From Candidatus Binatia bacterium (GTDB lineage: Bacteria > Desulfobacterota > Binatia > UBA9968 > CAXXLF01): a stretch of DNA of 64,000 nucleotides. Position numbers and translations under genes: made by a program. The notes under the pieces were generated by a model. The model saw only the letters and a program-made list of their open reading frames with translations, ran no database searches and was not told the DNA's origin. The stretch lies in the NCBI GenBank assembly GCA_963664015.2, contig CAXXLF010000002.1, positions 1,792,001 to 1,856,000 on the forward strand, given 5' to 3'. Positions 20,843 to 30,117 of the stretch are shown one piece after another (within the stretch, counting starts at the first letter, position 1; each line of letters opens with the position of its first letter).

Positions 20843-21835
20843 ATGTCCGAGAAACTCCGCCTCACTTTAGCAACAGGCGACTATGAGATCGTTCGCGCCG
20901 TCAAAGAAGGGAGTGTTGAGCCTGACGGCATCCAGTTGACCCACCTCACTGACATGGACTCGGGGACGCGGCATGACCGGATGGTGCGCAACCGGGAATT
21001 TGATATTTGCGAGCTGTCCGGTTCTTCGACGCTGATGGCAAAGGACCGCGGCTACGACTTGGTTGCGATCCCCGTGTTCCTCCACCGGCGTTTTCGCCAC
21101 GGGTTTATCTTTATCAACTCAAACAAGGGGATCAAGAAGCCCACGGACCTGATCGGGCGGAAGATCGGGCTCGGTACCTATCAGAGCTCCGCGCTCCTCT
21201 GGATCCGGGGAATCCTGGAAGACGAGTTCCAGGTCCCGCATAAGAAGATCCACTGGAAAGTGCAAAACGAGGAGGAACTGCCTTTCACACCGCCCCAGGA
21301 TCTAGACCTCCAGAGAACACCTGGGGGCAAAAACGTGGAATTCATGCTTGCCGAGGGTGAGCTGGACGCCGTCATTGCTCCTAATCCCGTCGCGCCTTAT
21401 GTCCATAAGGACCCGAGGGTCAAACGCCTTTTCGAGAACTATCAGGAGTTGGAGGTCGATTATTACCGGCGAACCGAGATCTTTCCCATCATGCATATCA
21501 TGGTGATTAAGGAGGAGATTGTAAAAAAGTATCCGTGGGTTCCACTGAGCTTGTTGGTGGCATTTGAGCGGGCCAAGACGGTTGCCTATAGAAATATGAG
21601 GAATCCCCGCAGAGTTCCTCTGGCCTGGTTTCAGTATACACAGGAAAGACAGGAGGAGCTCATGGGGCCCGATCCCTGGGCCTACGGCGTCAATGACGCC
21701 AATCGGAAGGTCGTCGGAACTATGATTCGGTATGGCTATGGACAGGGTATCATCTCACGAGAACTATCGGTGGATGATCTGTTTCATGAATCGACCTTGG
21801 GCGAAGAGTGGAAAATTCCCACCTCCCGGGGGTGA
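20843..21835 (+). CDS. 4,5-dihydroxyphthalate decarboxylase-like / PBP2-fold protein (tandem paralog)
   Basis: Same motifs: LATGDYEIV, IPVFLHRRFRHG, FPIMH, DPWAYG. Confidence 0.85.
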   Translation: MSEKLRLTLATGDYEIVRAVKEGSVEPDGIQLTHLTDMDSGTRHDRMVRNREFDICELSGSSTLMAKDRGYDLVAIPVFLHRRFRHGFIFINSNKGIKKPTDLIGRKIGLGTYQSSALLWIRGILEDEFQVPHKKIHWKVQNEEELPFTPPQDLDLQRTPGGKNVEFMLAEGELDAVIAPNPVAPYVHKDPRVKRLFENYQELEVDYYRRTEIFPIMHIMVIKEEIVKKYPWVPLSLLVAFERAKTVAYRNMRNPRRVPLAWFQYTQERQEELMGPDPWAYGVNDANRKVVGTMIRYGYGQGIISRELSVDDLFHESTLGEEWKIPTSRG

Positions 21836-21928
21836 AGGACCACTGCTATTCTCAGCTTCAGGGGATTTGAGTTCCCAAGGTTAAATCCAGTTTGTGCGTA
21901 TTTAGATTTTTTCCCTATCTCTGCAGGG

Positions 21929-22984
21929 CTACGAGCCCATCGGGAGGGAAACCATAGCCTGGCCGTGTGCGGCTTCCGCGCGAGGATTCTGGACCGAAAT
22001 CTCCAGGTGGACCCGACCTTGGTTGTCGACCACCTCTTTGTTCACCACCCTGGCGCTGCAGGTCAATGTGTCTCCCGGGTGGCTACTCTTCACCATGCGA
22101 AAGGGGCCGAGCTTTCTGAGCCGCCCGTCCAGCCCAATCCACCGGCGCAGTGTAATTTCCAAAACCATTTCATAGCCCCGGGTGTTGAAAATAATATCAT
22201 CAAGGCCGCCGGCACGGGCGGCGTCGCGGTTGTGATGGTTGGAGCCCCACATGCGATCAACGGCGACGCTCATCACGATCCGCTGGTAGTTAAACCAGAT
22301 GCTGTAGGGTGGGACCTGATCCCCGACGTTCACGTCTTGAAAGGTGATTTGCCGGTCCCAATCGACGGGTGCGTTGTTTTTCTCCGATCCCAGCTCGTTG
22401 TGTGTCCCCTGCTCTTGCGCCGCCGATTTGCGAGCGTCGGGGCCCTTGGGGTGTGGATTGTACCGGTATCCTGTATTGCGTTGGGTGGATACCAACTCAC
22501 CGGTCTGTTTGGTCAATCTGGTCTCAGAGGTCAAAAATACCCCGTCACCCAGGCGGGTCCGCTTGGGATTAATCTCGACGAGCTTCGCCGTGCCGCGCAA
22601 CCGGTCGCCCGGATAGAGTGGCTCGAAGTGCTCCACCTCGGCGGCACCGTTGAATCCCTTGGAAAAAGGTGTCGGGATGTCCAGCCGGAAGCTGCCGTTT
22701 TTCTCGCGTAGGTTTGGGGCGAAGATCGAGGGCTCACCGGGGGACCAATACGGAGGCATGGCCCACAGTGGCGTCATGGCCGCCGGAGCGATGATGGTGC
22801 GGTACCCGTGGGCCCGGGCCACGGCCTCGTCATAGTGCAGCGGACAGTCGAAGCAGTACACCTCGAGCTTGCGCCGGATGTCGTTCCAGCTAACCTCGTC
22901 AACTCCCTCATAGTTCGACTCTCGCCCCAGCCACTTCCGGGTTTCTTCCAACAAGTCGCTCTCGGGGCCGGGTTCATGATCCAT
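21929..22984 (-). CDS. Double hot-dog MaoC-like dehydratase
   Basis: PLHYDEAVARAHGY..IIAP N-terminal domain; NHHNRDAARAGGLDDIIFN C-terminal domain. Confidence 0.85.
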   Translation of the reverse strand: MDHEPGPESDLLEETRKWLGRESNYEGVDEVSWNDIRRKLEVYCFDCPLHYDEAVARAHGYRTIIAPAAMTPLWAMPPYWSPGEPSIFAPNLREKNGSFRLDIPTPFSKGFNGAAEVEHFEPLYPGDRLRGTAKLVEINPKRTRLGDGVFLTSETRLTKQTGELVSTQRNTGYRYNPHPKGPDARKSAAQEQGTHNELGSEKNNAPVDWDRQITFQDVNVGDQVPPYSIWFNYQRIVMSVAVDRMWGSNHHNRDAARAGGLDDIIFNTRGYEMVLEITLRRWIGLDGRLRKLGPFRMVKSSHPGDTLTCSARVVNKEVVDNQGRVHLEISVQNPRAEAAHGQAMVSLPMGS

Positions 22985-23136
22985 TATGCGGCTTCCTAGC
23001 CGTTGCCTCTGACGTCGGCCGTTAGCATATTCACTTCATTCCCTGGATTCAACCCATCGTTGCCCGGAGATAGGGGCAGGGTCATTGTTTTCCGACCTTT
23101 CTTTTCCCAAGCGGTCCGCGGTGCTATTGTAACCCC

Positions 23137-23907
23137 ATGCCCTTTTCGGAACTTCCCGGGGTACGTCTCTGGTATAACGACACGGGTGGCAGCGGCGCTC
23201 CCGTGGTGTTCATGCACGCGTTTACGGGAAACAGCGAGAGCTGGGAGCACCAGCTGCCCGAATTTGTTGGAGCAGGTTACCGCTGCGTCACGTACGACCG
23301 CAGGGGGTGGGGTCGTACGGAGCTTGATCCCAACGGAGAACAGCCGGGCTATATCACTGACGACCTGCAGGGTATCGTAGAGTATTTGGGACTGCCTAGG
23401 TTCCATTTGGTTGGGACTGCAGGCGGTGCCTATGGCAGTATCGATTACGCTCTCACTTACCCGGCAAGGCTCAGGTGCCTGGTGGTTGCTTGTAGCGGTG
23501 GGGGGATCCAGGACGCAGAGTACCAGGAAACGACGCGAAGAAACCGTCCCCCAAACTTTCAAGAGTTGCCAGCGGAACAGCGTGAGGTGAGCCCCTCTTA
23601 CCGGGCGGTAAGCCCCGACGGTTCCCGCCGCTGGATCGACATCGAGCACGAAAGCCGGCAGGAGCCCCGGGTCGAGCAGCGGATGCGAAACCAGGTCACC
23701 TTCCCGCTGCTTGAGACCTTGCGGGTTCCCACACTCCTCGTTGCCGGTGAGGCCGACCTCTTGGCACCCCCGCCGCGAATGCGACATCTAGTGGACCGGA
23801 TTCCCGGTTGCCAGTTTGCAACCCTACCGGAGGCCGGGCACGCTGCCTTTTGGGAGCAACCGGAGGCCTGGAACCGAATTGTCTTGGACTTTTTGCGCGG
23901 CCACTAA
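23137..23907 (+). CDS. Alpha/beta hydrolase
   Basis: YDRRGWGRT, LVGTAGG (atypical nucleophile elbow), AGEAD, AGHAAFWEQPE. Confidence 0.88.
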   Translation: MPFSELPGVRLWYNDTGGSGAPVVFMHAFTGNSESWEHQLPEFVGAGYRCVTYDRRGWGRTELDPNGEQPGYITDDLQGIVEYLGLPRFHLVGTAGGAYGSIDYALTYPARLRCLVVACSGGGIQDAEYQETTRRNRPPNFQELPAEQREVSPSYRAVSPDGSRRWIDIEHESRQEPRVEQRMRNQVTFPLLETLRVPTLLVAGEADLLAPPPRMRHLVDRIPGCQFATLPEAGHAAFWEQPEAWNRIVLDFLRGH

Positions 23908-24172
23908 GCTGTGCAGAAACAAATGGTTGTCTTCGTCCGTCCTGCCACATGGGGATTCCCCCGGTGGTGAGGAATGTTTACCCTCATTAGTCGCGGATTA
24001 TCCTGGCGGTAGGACACAATAAGCTCAAGGACCAAGGTATTTTCAGTAAAATTCGGCGATCCGTTGAATGACGGTCTCTTGTTGCCCGGGGGTTAATTCG
24101 GGATACATGGGAAGGGTGACTGGACAGAGAGCTGAAGAACTGGGTAGGTTTAATCGACTTGGAGGAAACAAC

Positions 24173-25012
24173 ATGACCTTGATCACCTATAATCACGTTC
24201 CTATTCCTTCTTTTATGTATGGCACGGCTTGGAAAGAAGAGGCGACTACTGAACTGGTGCAATTAGCAGTAGAGTCAGGCTTCACGGCCATCGACACGGC
24301 CAATCAACCGATCCATTACCAGGAAGCGCTGGTAGGCGAAGCCTTACAGTTACTTGAAAAGAAAGGAATTAAGCGAAATACCCTGTTTCTCCAAACCAAG
24401 TTTACCCCGGTCGGAGGCCAAGGGCATCAACCACCCTACAATGCCTCGGCTGACCTCACCACCCAAATTAGACAGTCTTTTGATAGCTCGTTGACGCACC
24501 TATGTACCGAGTATGTGGACTCCTATGTTTTACACTCGCCCCTTTCGCGGGGAGGGTTGGGGGAAGCGGATTGGGAGGTGTGGGCGGCTATGGAAGGGCT
24601 CTATCAATCAGGGAAAACCAAAATGATTGGCATCAGCAATCTCACGGCTGGACAACTCAGACAGCTGTGTGAACACGCCAACCATAAACCCATGGTTGCG
24701 CAAAACAGGTGTTTTGCTGCACTCGGATGGGACAAAGAGGTTAGGGATATTTGCCAAGCCCATGGCATCATCTATCAAGGCTTTTCGCTGTTAACTGCCA
24801 ATAGAGAAGTCCTTGCTGATCCAAAAATTCAAACAATCGCCAAACGATTAGATACGGGTTCCCCACAGATCATCTTTCAGTTTGCCATGCAGATTGGGAT
24901 GCTCCCGTTGACCGGAACCACGAGCCCACAACATATGAAAGAAGACCTACTAGTGGACCAGTACACACTCTCCAGCGAGGAAATCCAACAGATTGAAACG
25001 ATCGCACTGTAA
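24173..25012 (+). CDS. Aldo/keto reductase
   Basis: YGTAW, IDTANQ..HY.E..VG, FLQTKFT, IGISN; GGAGG RBS. Confidence 0.92.
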   Translation: MTLITYNHVPIPSFMYGTAWKEEATTELVQLAVESGFTAIDTANQPIHYQEALVGEALQLLEKKGIKRNTLFLQTKFTPVGGQGHQPPYNASADLTTQIRQSFDSSLTHLCTEYVDSYVLHSPLSRGGLGEADWEVWAAMEGLYQSGKTKMIGISNLTAGQLRQLCEHANHKPMVAQNRCFAALGWDKEVRDICQAHGIIYQGFSLLTANREVLADPKIQTIAKRLDTGSPQIIFQFAMQIGMLPLTGTTSPQHMKEDLLVDQYTLSSEEIQQIETIAL

Positions 25013-25163
25013 ATAGAACACCCTGGAGTAATTGGCGTTACGGAACTATTTTGAATGTGAATTCGGGAATAAAGGTTATGTCTACGTTGGTTCGTTAAAA
25101 AAACGAAAATTCGGTTCGGTCCGGACGAAACCCCGTGGTAGGTGTACCGGTTTTGAGGACCAC

Positions 25164-26375
25164 CTATTCCCGGTAAAACTCAGCAATTCTTTGAACTACA
25201 ATTCCTTGCTGGTCTGCAGTGAGTTCCGGATACATGGGGATAGCCAGGGCCTGTGTGCACAGTAGCTCGGCATTGGGGAAATCCCCCTTTCGGTAACCCA
25301 GATCGGCGAAGCATGGCTGGAGGTGTAACGGTAGGGGATAGTAGATTAGAGTCTGTATCCCGTGTTTATCAAGGTGAGCCTTCAAATCGTCTCGCTGCTC
25401 CGCGCGGATAACGTAGTAATTGAAAACATGGGACCGCCCCGAGCTGGGGGGAGGTGGGATCACCATGCGGTTCTTCACGAGGTCAGTTGCTGTCAAGAGA
25501 CGATGATAGAGGTCGGCCCGTTGGATTCTCTCATCACACCATTGCTCCAAGTAGCGTAGCTTGACCGTTAACACCGCTGCCTGGACGACGTCCAGTCGCG
25601 AGTTGATTCCGATTGTTTCATGGTGGTATTTGCTTCCCTGTCCATGCACCCGGAGCATTCTAATCCTTTCAGCTAAGGCGGGGTGATTCGTCGCCACGAG
25701 CCCGCCGTCGCCGATGCCGCCCAGCATCTTGGTCGGAAAGAAAGAAAAGCAACCTAGGTCTCCCACGGTCCCTGCCCATTGCACTCCATCGCCATCGAGT
25801 TGCACATGGCTTCCAAGAGCCTGGGCTACATCCTCCACTACGTGGATTTCGTGACTCTTGGCAAGGGAGAGCAGTGGTGCCATGGTGCAGCTTTGACCGA
25901 AGAGATGAACGGGCAAGATGACCTTGATATGGGTTCGTTTACTCGGGCTCGGCCTTCTTGTCTTGGACCGTCGCCGGTCGGGGGCTTCTAGCAGAGCCTC
26001 GACCTCATGTGTATCGATCAATCCGTTCTCGAATTCGATGTCCGCAAAGATGGGAACGGCCCCCACTCGGGTGGCGCAGGCCACAGAGGAGAAAAAGGTG
26101 AAGGGGGGAACTATGACTCCGTCCCCGGGTCCGACGCCGAGGGCCATGAGAGACAGCAGGAGGGCATCGGTTCCAGAGGCGACGCCAACGGCAGCGTCGC
26201 ATTTCAAGTAGTCGGTGACCGCTTTCTCAAAACGTTGAACCACGGGGCCAAGAATAAAGGCCTGGTGGTCCAAGACCTCCGTCACGGCTTGCCTGATTTC
26301 CGCCCCGATTCTTTCGTATTGTGCGCGGAGATCTAAAAAAGGAACTCTATGCGAGGACTCGTTAGATGTTGTCAT
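25164..26375 (-). CDS. DegT/DnrJ/EryC1/StrS family PLP aminotransferase
   Basis: SGTDAL, PVHLFGQ, EDVAQA, SFFPTK, GDGG, NSRLD, YYPLPLHLQ. Confidence 0.95.
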   Translation of the reverse strand: MTTSNESSHRVPFLDLRAQYERIGAEIRQAVTEVLDHQAFILGPVVQRFEKAVTDYLKCDAAVGVASGTDALLLSLMALGVGPGDGVIVPPFTFFSSVACATRVGAVPIFADIEFENGLIDTHEVEALLEAPDRRRSKTRRPSPSKRTHIKVILPVHLFGQSCTMAPLLSLAKSHEIHVVEDVAQALGSHVQLDGDGVQWAGTVGDLGCFSFFPTKMLGGIGDGGLVATNHPALAERIRMLRVHGQGSKYHHETIGINSRLDVVQAAVLTVKLRYLEQWCDERIQRADLYHRLLTATDLVKNRMVIPPPPSSGRSHVFNYYVIRAEQRDDLKAHLDKHGIQTLIYYPLPLHLQPCFADLGYRKGDFPNAELLCTQALAIPMYPELTADQQGIVVQRIAEFYRE

Positions 26376-26405
26376 GAAGGTTGCAGCGGAGACGGATAGC
26401 TACCG

Positions 26406-27842
26406 TTATTGAGCGGCTTGACCGCTCGTCCTTTCTTTTAAGGTCCTCTCGGCTGTTTCGGAGAGTACCAGGTCGTTCTCGTGGTCGAGGGCGAAAACCC
26501 GGAACTGAACCACTTTCGATGGAATAAATTCGAACAGGTCAGCAAGGGATTCTTTGGCGATTTCTCGGGTGGTGGGGTCGAAGATGTAAATCTGCTTCTT
26601 TCCCATGGCAAAGGGACTTTCGGGTCTTGGGTCCTGTGTTGCCAAGTCGACGCGGAAGACGAGATCCCGGAGGGTATCCGGGAGGGCGTCACGAATGAGT
26701 TGAGTCCAGTCGGTTTGTTCCACAAGGCTCGATTCACCACCGAGTTCGTTCAGCGATAAGGTCCGTTCAAAGGCCATCTTCCATTTGACGTCACGGTCCA
26801 GGATTCTCCCCCATTCTAGAGCCAACTCCCTACGGCTGCTGTTATCCCTGCGCCAGCGGGAGACCTCTTCTAACAAGGACCAATCGGTAAGGAAGAGGTA
26901 TTGGTTCATGTGTTCCAACGGATTCCCGGGAAAAATCTTGTGGATCGTTTCCGAGAAGATCTCTCGCAGGTGGAGATCGATGGCACGGGTGGTTCGGTGG
27001 TAGTAGACATTGGTGTAAAGATAGAGCCGAGCGTTCAGAAACATCGTCAGGGCGGCGTTGCCTGCCCGGTGGAGGGTGAACCCTTTGGGAGACAGGAAGG
27101 TGTAATGAATCAGTCGCTCGCGGTCAATGGGCCCCACGGCGATCCCGCACATGTATGAATCGCGGAAAACATAATCAAGGTTGTCGAAGGTATAAATACC
27201 GTTGGTGAGAGGTTCGAGGAGTCGGAGCCACCTGGGTTTGGTTTTATCCTCCTTACCGCTTTTTTTGATCGGGAAGGCGATCTCCTCGGGGTTGAGTTGT
27301 TCCCCAGGAGCAAAGGGGCCGCTGGGACTACGGCGCAGTTCACCTATGAGGTCACCAAGCTTGTCCCGGATAATCGCCTGGCTGATATCCTCGTGAATAA
27401 TATGGAAGTCTTCGAGAAAATTGTGATCGAAGAAATGGCCAAAGGGACCATGGCCGACGTCGTGTAGAAGCCCCGTGATGCGAAGATATTCCTCTATGAA
27501 TGGAGCCGAAGGGCACTCGTCTCCAAGGAGGCCTTTGAGCGAGGGGTAGAGACTTTTGGCGAACTCTCCTGCCAGGTGCATCGCTCCCAGAGAATGCTGG
27601 AACCGGCTATGCTCAGCCGAGGGATAAACCCAGCGGGCGCTTTGCAACTGGTTGATACCACGGAGCCTTTGTACCCAGGGAGAATCAATGATCTGTTTTT
27701 CTGTAGTCTCGCCTTTTTTTTGCGGTACCGTAAACTGGATATAACGATGGATTGGGTCAGCGAAGAGGGCTGTTTCCTCATACTTCTGATCCAGACCAGA
27801 ATCAGACTTCCTTAGATCTCGAATGTTGCCTGTCCTGTCCAT
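26406..27842 (-). CDS. HD-domain phosphohydrolase (SAMHD1/dNTPase-like)
   Basis: DPIH, QRLR.I.QL, EHSRFQHSLG, LLHDVGHGPF, DNLDY..RD, VYYHRT; start uncertain. Confidence 0.9.
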   Translation of the reverse strand: MDRTGNIRDLRKSDSGLDQKYEETALFADPIHRYIQFTVPQKKGETTEKQIIDSPWVQRLRGINQLQSARWVYPSAEHSRFQHSLGAMHLAGEFAKSLYPSLKGLLGDECPSAPFIEEYLRITGLLHDVGHGPFGHFFDHNFLEDFHIIHEDISQAIIRDKLGDLIGELRRSPSGPFAPGEQLNPEEIAFPIKKSGKEDKTKPRWLRLLEPLTNGIYTFDNLDYVFRDSYMCGIAVGPIDRERLIHYTFLSPKGFTLHRAGNAALTMFLNARLYLYTNVYYHRTTRAIDLHLREIFSETIHKIFPGNPLEHMNQYLFLTDWSLLEEVSRWRRDNSSRRELALEWGRILDRDVKWKMAFERTLSLNELGGESSLVEQTDWTQLIRDALPDTLRDLVFRVDLATQDPRPESPFAMGKKQIYIFDPTTREIAKESLADLFEFIPSKVVQFRVFALDHENDLVLSETAERTLKERTSGQAAQ

Positions 27843-28231
27843 TGATCTCCGGTCTTTCCCAAGCGGCACTGGTGAATGAGGACGCCAATGAATTCACGTC
27901 GGATTTCATGCCGGTCCGGATCGAAAGTTTCTCCACTTCCCTCGGCCCGAACGACAGAGCCATGGGTTTCTTGTACTTCGAATTCCTTGAGGATGTATCC
28001 GCTTCTCTGGAAAAGATAGAGCAGTTCCCTGATCCAGTTGGCCATCAATTCGTCATCAACTCCTTCAACCTCGACGGAGATCTTTTCTTTGACTTCAACT
28101 TTGTCCAAGTCCGTCATCAGGTCAAAGAGGGCGAAGGCTGAATTGATGAGGACCTCCGATTGTGTTTTACCGGAAACTTTAACGGCCAAGTCGGAAGAAC
28201 GTTCTACGGTCTTGTAAGTCGGACGGTTCAT
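27812..28231 (-). CDS. Archease family protein (divergent motifs)
   Basis: 139 aa; AFALFDLMTDL..VE, LMANWIRELLYLF, GETFDPDRH; canonical HTAD and KAVTYH motifs altered. Confidence 0.8.
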   Translation of the reverse strand: MNRPTYKTVERSSDLAVKVSGKTQSEVLINSAFALFDLMTDLDKVEVKEKISVEVEGVDDELMANWIRELLYLFQRSGYILKEFEVQETHGSVVRAEGSGETFDPDRHEIRREFIGVLIHQCRLGKTGDQWTGQATFEI

Positions 28232-28272
28232 CGTGGTACCCTCTCAGCCGAAATGATTGGTAACGTGTTTTG

Positions 28273-29025
28273 CTAATTTGTGCGATTAATCAGACTCGCA
28301 GCAAAACCGGCACCGAAACCGTTATCGATGTTGACCACCATCACTCCGGCAGCACAAGAATTCAACATTCCCAATAGGGCTGAAAGACCGTGAAAACTCG
28401 CCCCATAGCCGATACTGGTTGGAACCGCGATCACCGGTTTATCGACAAGTCCGCCAACAACACTGGGTAGGGCGCCTTCCATACCGGCAACGACGATCAG
28501 CACAGATGCGGCCAAGAGCTTTTCCCGGTTCTCCAAAAGACGGTGAATGCCCGCGACCCCGACGTCGAACAGGTGCTCTACGCGGTTGCCCATCATCTCA
28601 CCTGTGAGGGAAGCCTCTTCAGCGACGGGAATATCCGAGGTCCCCGCTGAAATCACAAGGATCTTTCCTTTTCCCTTGATCGGAATCGGCTTCCCAACCC
28701 ACGTTGCCGCACGGGCGTTGCGATGATATCGGAGACCCTTGATTTGCTTGCGTAAGGCATTCATCTTTTCGGGCGATAAGCGGGTAATGAGTACGTTGGA
28801 GCCCTGTTTTTTAAGGGATCGCGTAATCGCGGCGAGGGACTCTGCCGTCTTTGACTGACCCATGATCACCTCGGGAACCCCTTGTCGTAACGCCCGGTGA
28901 TGGTCGACCTTAGCAAATCCGAGATCCTCGTATGGCAAGTGGTTTAATCGGTTGAGTGCGCTAGCTACCGTTACCTTGCCCTTACGTACGCCGTCAAGGA
29001 GTTTCGAGAGTTTTTCAGTGTCCAT
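28273..29025 (-). CDS. larB: Nickel pincer cofactor biosynthesis protein LarB
   Basis: [56 protein letters not shown]. Confidence 0.93.
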   Translation of the reverse strand: MDTEKLSKLLDGVRKGKVTVASALNRLNHLPYEDLGFAKVDHHRALRQGVPEVIMGQSKTAESLAAITRSLKKQGSNVLITRLSPEKMNALRKQIKGLRYHRNARAATWVGKPIPIKGKGKILVISAGTSDIPVAEEASLTGEMMGNRVEHLFDVGVAGIHRLLENREKLLAASVLIVVAGMEGALPSVVGGLVDKPVIAVPTSIGYGASFHGLSALLGMLNSCAAGVMVVNIDNGFGAGFAASLINRTN

Positions 29026-29085
29026 TTTCTATCTTCCCGTCGGTATCCTTAGGGCAGTGCCAACACGGTGATTATCAATGGGGCA

Positions 29086-30117
29086 TTAGGCTTTGATCGA
29101 GCGAGAATTCAAAGGAGCCCGCCGCAACGGGAGGCCCTTGAAATGGTCGTAACCCATTTGGGAAAGAGATAGAGAGGTTCCTTGACTAGTGGTTACGGTA
29201 ATGCCGTGGCGGGCCGGGAGGCATTTACCGATGTGGGTAATCGGAACCCCCAATCGGTTCTGGATTTTTTTTAGACGCTTATGATCGCGGGCACGGACGG
29301 AAAAAAGTAGTTCATAGTCTTCCCCACCTGCTAGCGAATAGTGAGCGCGATTTACTCCAGCCAGGCGCCGGTAGGGCGGTGACAAAGGGATCGCCTCTTG
29401 CCAGATTTCCGCGCCCGTTCCACTCGATTTGCAGAGGTGACCCAGGTCCTGCACCAGGCCGTCGCTGATGTCGATCATTGCCTTAGCGAGTTTTTCCTTT
29501 GCCAGGATGGACCCTGCCTTCAAGCGGGCTTGAGGAAAGAGATGGCGGGAAGTTAAATAGGCAACTTCCTTACTTGTACCTATTCTTTTTCGCTTCTTCA
29601 AAAGATTCAGTCCCAAGAAAGAGTCCCCTAGGGTTCCAGTCACATATAGATCGTCCCCGACTCTCGCGCCGCTCCGTTTAACGGGACCATAAGGTGCATG
29701 CCCAACCAGGAAGGCGCTGGTAAAAAAGCACTTCGAAGCGCAAGTATCTCCGCCCACCAGGCTGACACCGGTCTGAGAGGCCAGCTGGCCGATTCCACGA
29801 TAAAATTCTTCTATGTCTTTTACCTTAAAGTCAACCGGTAGTCCCAGGGACAACAATAGGTATTCGGGTGTTCCTCCCATAGCGGCCACGTCGCTCAGGT
29901 TGACGGCAAGAGTCTTGTAGCCGAGCCCGTAAAAGGACGCCCAACGACGATCAAAGTGTACCTTGTCAATTAGGAGGTCTGAGGTGAGGAGCAAATTCCC
30001 CTTTGCTCTCGTCCACGCGGCATCGTCTCCAATGCCCAAATAGACTCCTTGGCCCGTTGAGGTGGCCTTTTGGATTTTGTCTATAAGGGCGAATTCCCCC
30101 AGTTGTTTCAGTCGCAT
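29086..30117 (-). CDS. thiL: Thiamine-phosphate kinase
   Basis: GEFALI, GIGDDAA, NLSDVAAMG, GGDT, DISDGL, GGEDYEL. Confidence 0.96.
   Translation of the reverse strand: MRLKQLGEFALIDKIQKATSTGQGVYLGIGDDAAWTRAKGNLLLTSDLLIDKVHFDRRWASFYGLGYKTLAVNLSDVAAMGGTPEYLLLSLGLPVDFKVKDIEEFYRGIGQLASQTGVSLVGGDTCASKCFFTSAFLVGHAPYGPVKRSGARVGDDLYVTGTLGDSFLGLNLLKKRKRIGTSKEVAYLTSRHLFPQARLKAGSILAKEKLAKAMIDISDGLVQDLGHLCKSSGTGAEIWQEAIPLSPPYRRLAGVNRAHYSLAGGEDYELLFSVRARDHKRLKKIQNRLGVPITHIGKCLPARHGITVTTSQGTSLSLSQMGYDHFKGLPLRRAPLNSRSIKA

Noticed and set aside
22996-23787. Long antisense ORFs (also 21965-22711, 13012-13728, 40217-40912, 48782-49552)
   Set aside because: Shadow frames of well-supported genes, without motifs of their own.
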